Part shown: in pieces, positions 30,727 to 32,826 of the stretch | Layout of the letters: every line of letters begins with the position of its first letter | Position numbering within the stretch: position 1 is the stretch's first letter | From: Salpingoeca rosetta | Taxonomy: Eukaryota; Protista; Choanoflagellata | Assembly (NCBI GenBank): GCA_033442325.1 | Contig: JAWQFM010000003.1 | Location: forward strand, 2,376,149 to 2,408,974 | DNA: 32,826 bases | Direction: 5' to 3' | The notes under the pieces: generated by a model | Databases searched by the model: none | Told to the model about the DNA's origin: nothing | The model's input: the letters and a program-made list of their open reading frames with translations, nothing else | Made by a program: the position numbers and the translations under genes

Positions 30727-32060
30727 CACACACACACCCTACCAACCGAGTCTGTGGCGTCCGCGGTGTCGCTGTGGTGCCTCGTGTTGTGCCTGTCTGC
30801 CGTGCGCGGCAAGATGCGCTTCCACTGACGCAGATACCTGACGGGGCGTGTTGGCTCCTGCAGCGGCTGCCACGACTTGAGGCGTGCTGCAAACAGGTCA
30901 ATGGCCGTGGCGTAGGCCAGGTGCGCCAGCCCATATCGCCTGTATTCGCGCGGGTATTCTGCCTTGAGCTCTGCATAGCCTTCAATGGCACGCAGCATGT
31001 CGCTCTCCTCGTTGCCAACGTCTGCCAATATCGCCGTCTTTTCCAGCAGCTGCTCCAGGCTGTCCACTGCAGACTGCTCGGCGCCGAGCCGCTCGTTCAG
31101 CTCCCGCTCCTCCGACTCCAGCGCCTGTATTTGGCGGCGCGTGCCGCGCACCTTGTTGTTCCACGTGTGCACGTCGGCCTCCGCCATCTCCAGCAGCACG
31201 GCGATGTTGTGCTGCAGCTCCGGGAACGGCCCTTTCGGCTGCAGGTGCTGCTGCTGCTGCTGCGCCGCCGTTGCCTCGCCCATGGTTGAGCGCACCTGCA
31301 CCTGCGGGCCCGTCATGTCCACAATCTTCATTGCCGTGGGCGCTTTTTCGTCACCCTCGCCCTCCCCAGGCATCGATGACAGCAGGCGTTCGGCCGTGAC
31401 GTAGCTGTAGGTGATGGGTGCCTTACGCTTGTCCGTGCCCTTGGCACGCCACAGCTGAGTCTCCATGGCGCCCTTGTCCTCCGCCTCCAGCGCCTTTCTT
31501 CTGCGCTCCTGCCGCTGGCGCCGATAGCTGCCGAGCGCCGCGGGCTCGTCCAGGTCGCTGTCCAGCTCATCTGAGGAAGAGCGGTACTCGTCATCCTCGC
31601 CCTCTTCCCCAGCGCCAGCGCCGCGCTCCTCGCGAAAGTGCTGCCGGCTCTGTTTCGTTCGCTCGCCCTTCTCTTGCAGGCCTTGCTTCGCCTTGCGCAG
31701 CTTTGCTTGCACAGGTTCCACGATGCCGCGGCGCGCTCGCCCAAGGCCCTCGCCTTTCTTCCAGCCCATCTTCTGCAGCAGCTTCATGCCGATGCCCTTG
31801 GTGTGCGCCTCAAACTTGGCAAAGTCCTTGTCAAGCCGCACATTGTCCGGGCGAGTGAACGTGGTGTAGCCGACGCCACCTCGGCCCTGCCCTTGCTCCT
31901 GGTCGCCATCGTCGCCTTGTTGCTGGCCTTGTTGCCGGCCTTGTTGCTGGCCTTGTTGCTGGCCTTGTTGCTGGCCTTGTTGCCCCTCTTCCTGCTGCTG
32001 TTCCTGTTGCCGTTGTCGGGGGAAGGAGGAGAAGCTGCTTGGCTGTGCAGTCGGTTCCAT
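28856..32060 (-). CDS. TFIP11: Tuftelin-interacting protein 11 (Ntr1/Spp382), G-patch spliceosome disassembly factor, ~825 aa
   Basis: Exons 30747-32060, 29725-30408, 28856-29335. G-patch FEAHTKGIGMKLLQKMGWKKGEGLG..GIVEPV; KIVDMTGPQ; PELQHNI; GCFC domain WDPRTDRVPVHVWLHP; YDEIADWYLQWK; C-terminal GQPLYSFG..VYIDKGVIFV. Confidence 0.95.
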
Positions 32061-32277
32061 CGTCGTCGTCGTTCGCGGTCGTCGTTGTTCAGTCGTGTGA
32101 TGTGTGCGATATGTAATTTGGATGTCACGGGTTGAAATCCCGACAACCGCACTTTGTCGCTCACATTTTTTTTGAGGGGACAGGACCTGCTGCTGCTGCT
32201 GGCTGCTGCTGCTTGCGAACCAGAAGCAGGCGGGCAAACTGGAAGGCGAAGGTTGTTGCTGTTGTGGGAAGAAGGGA
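32061..32277. promoter_or_regulatory. 217-bp bidirectional promoter/5'UTRs between TFIP11 and the Tudor gene
   Basis: Divergent ATGs at 32060 and 32278. Confidence 0.55.
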
Positions 32278-32395
32278 TGAGCACCACTGCATCAACAGCA
32301 TCGGCGTCTGCGCCAACCGGCGTGGTGGCCAGGGTCAATGGTATTGAGTTCAGGACTGGTGCTCGCGTGGACGCACAGGACTACCTTTCCGACTG
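32278..32395 (+). CDS. First exon of PHF20/PHF20L1-like Tudor-domain protein (partial)
   Basis: MSTTASTASASAPTGVVARVNGIEFRTGARVDAQDYLSDW then gtgtgt donor; resembles recalled PHF20L1 GITFEIGARLEALDYLQKW. The rest of the gene was not identified in the window. Confidence 0.6.
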
Positions 32396-32826
32396 GTGTG
32401 TTTCCTTGCTGCATCGCAGCATCGTGTGTGTGGTGTGTGTGTGTGTGTGTGCGTTTGTGTGTGTATGTATGTGTGTATGTGTGTGTATGTATGTGTGCGT
32501 GTGTGTGTTTGCGTTTGTGTTTGCGTGTGCGTGTGTATGTGTGTGTGTGTATGTATGTGTGTATGGGTGTGTGTGATGTGTGCACGACCATCCCTACGCT
32601 CTTCACTTGAATAAACTCTATGCACGCACACAACACACAGTGAACAAGGGCAGGAGGATGTCGTGCTTCGACTGTCCGGGCTTGAGGCCTGTTTCGAGTT
32701 ATTTAGTGCATGTCTTCGCAGCTCAGCACGGTCAGCGAGCTCTATGAGTCCCTGTCATTTATGGATCGAAGAAGCGGGCTGATGTTGCGCACTTCTGTCT
32801 TGCTTTCTTATCTTAATTTATGTATC

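Overview
Intron-rich, GC-rich eukaryotic DNA saturated with (CA)n/(GT)n microsatellites. Gene content and style suggest a choanoflagellate, probably Salpingoeca rosetta (inference). Almost all ORF-track entries are repeat artefacts, so genes were rebuilt by hand from GT-AG sites. Left to right: one internal exon of a GRHPR-like D-2-hydroxyacid dehydrogenase (+); a ~2.2 kb minus-strand, apparently non-coding spliced locus whose introns carry box C/D snoRNA candidates with guides antisense to conserved LSU rRNA; condensin II kleisin NCAPH2 (+, 16 exons); a 5'-incomplete BPI/LBP-family gene (-); rotatin (-, with a 5.7 kb terminal exon); a FAX/metaxin-like GST-fold gene (+); an intronless alkaline ceramidase (-); TFIP11 (-); and the first exon of a PHF20-like Tudor gene (+). 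Most notable are the snoRNA host locus (paralogous guides shifted by one nucleotide, covarying C/D boxes, TOP-like starts), a strand-polarised 5'-(GU)n...(CA)n-3' intron architecture, and an odd rotatin/BPI junction. All homologies and rRNA target numbers come from recalled sequences; no search was run.
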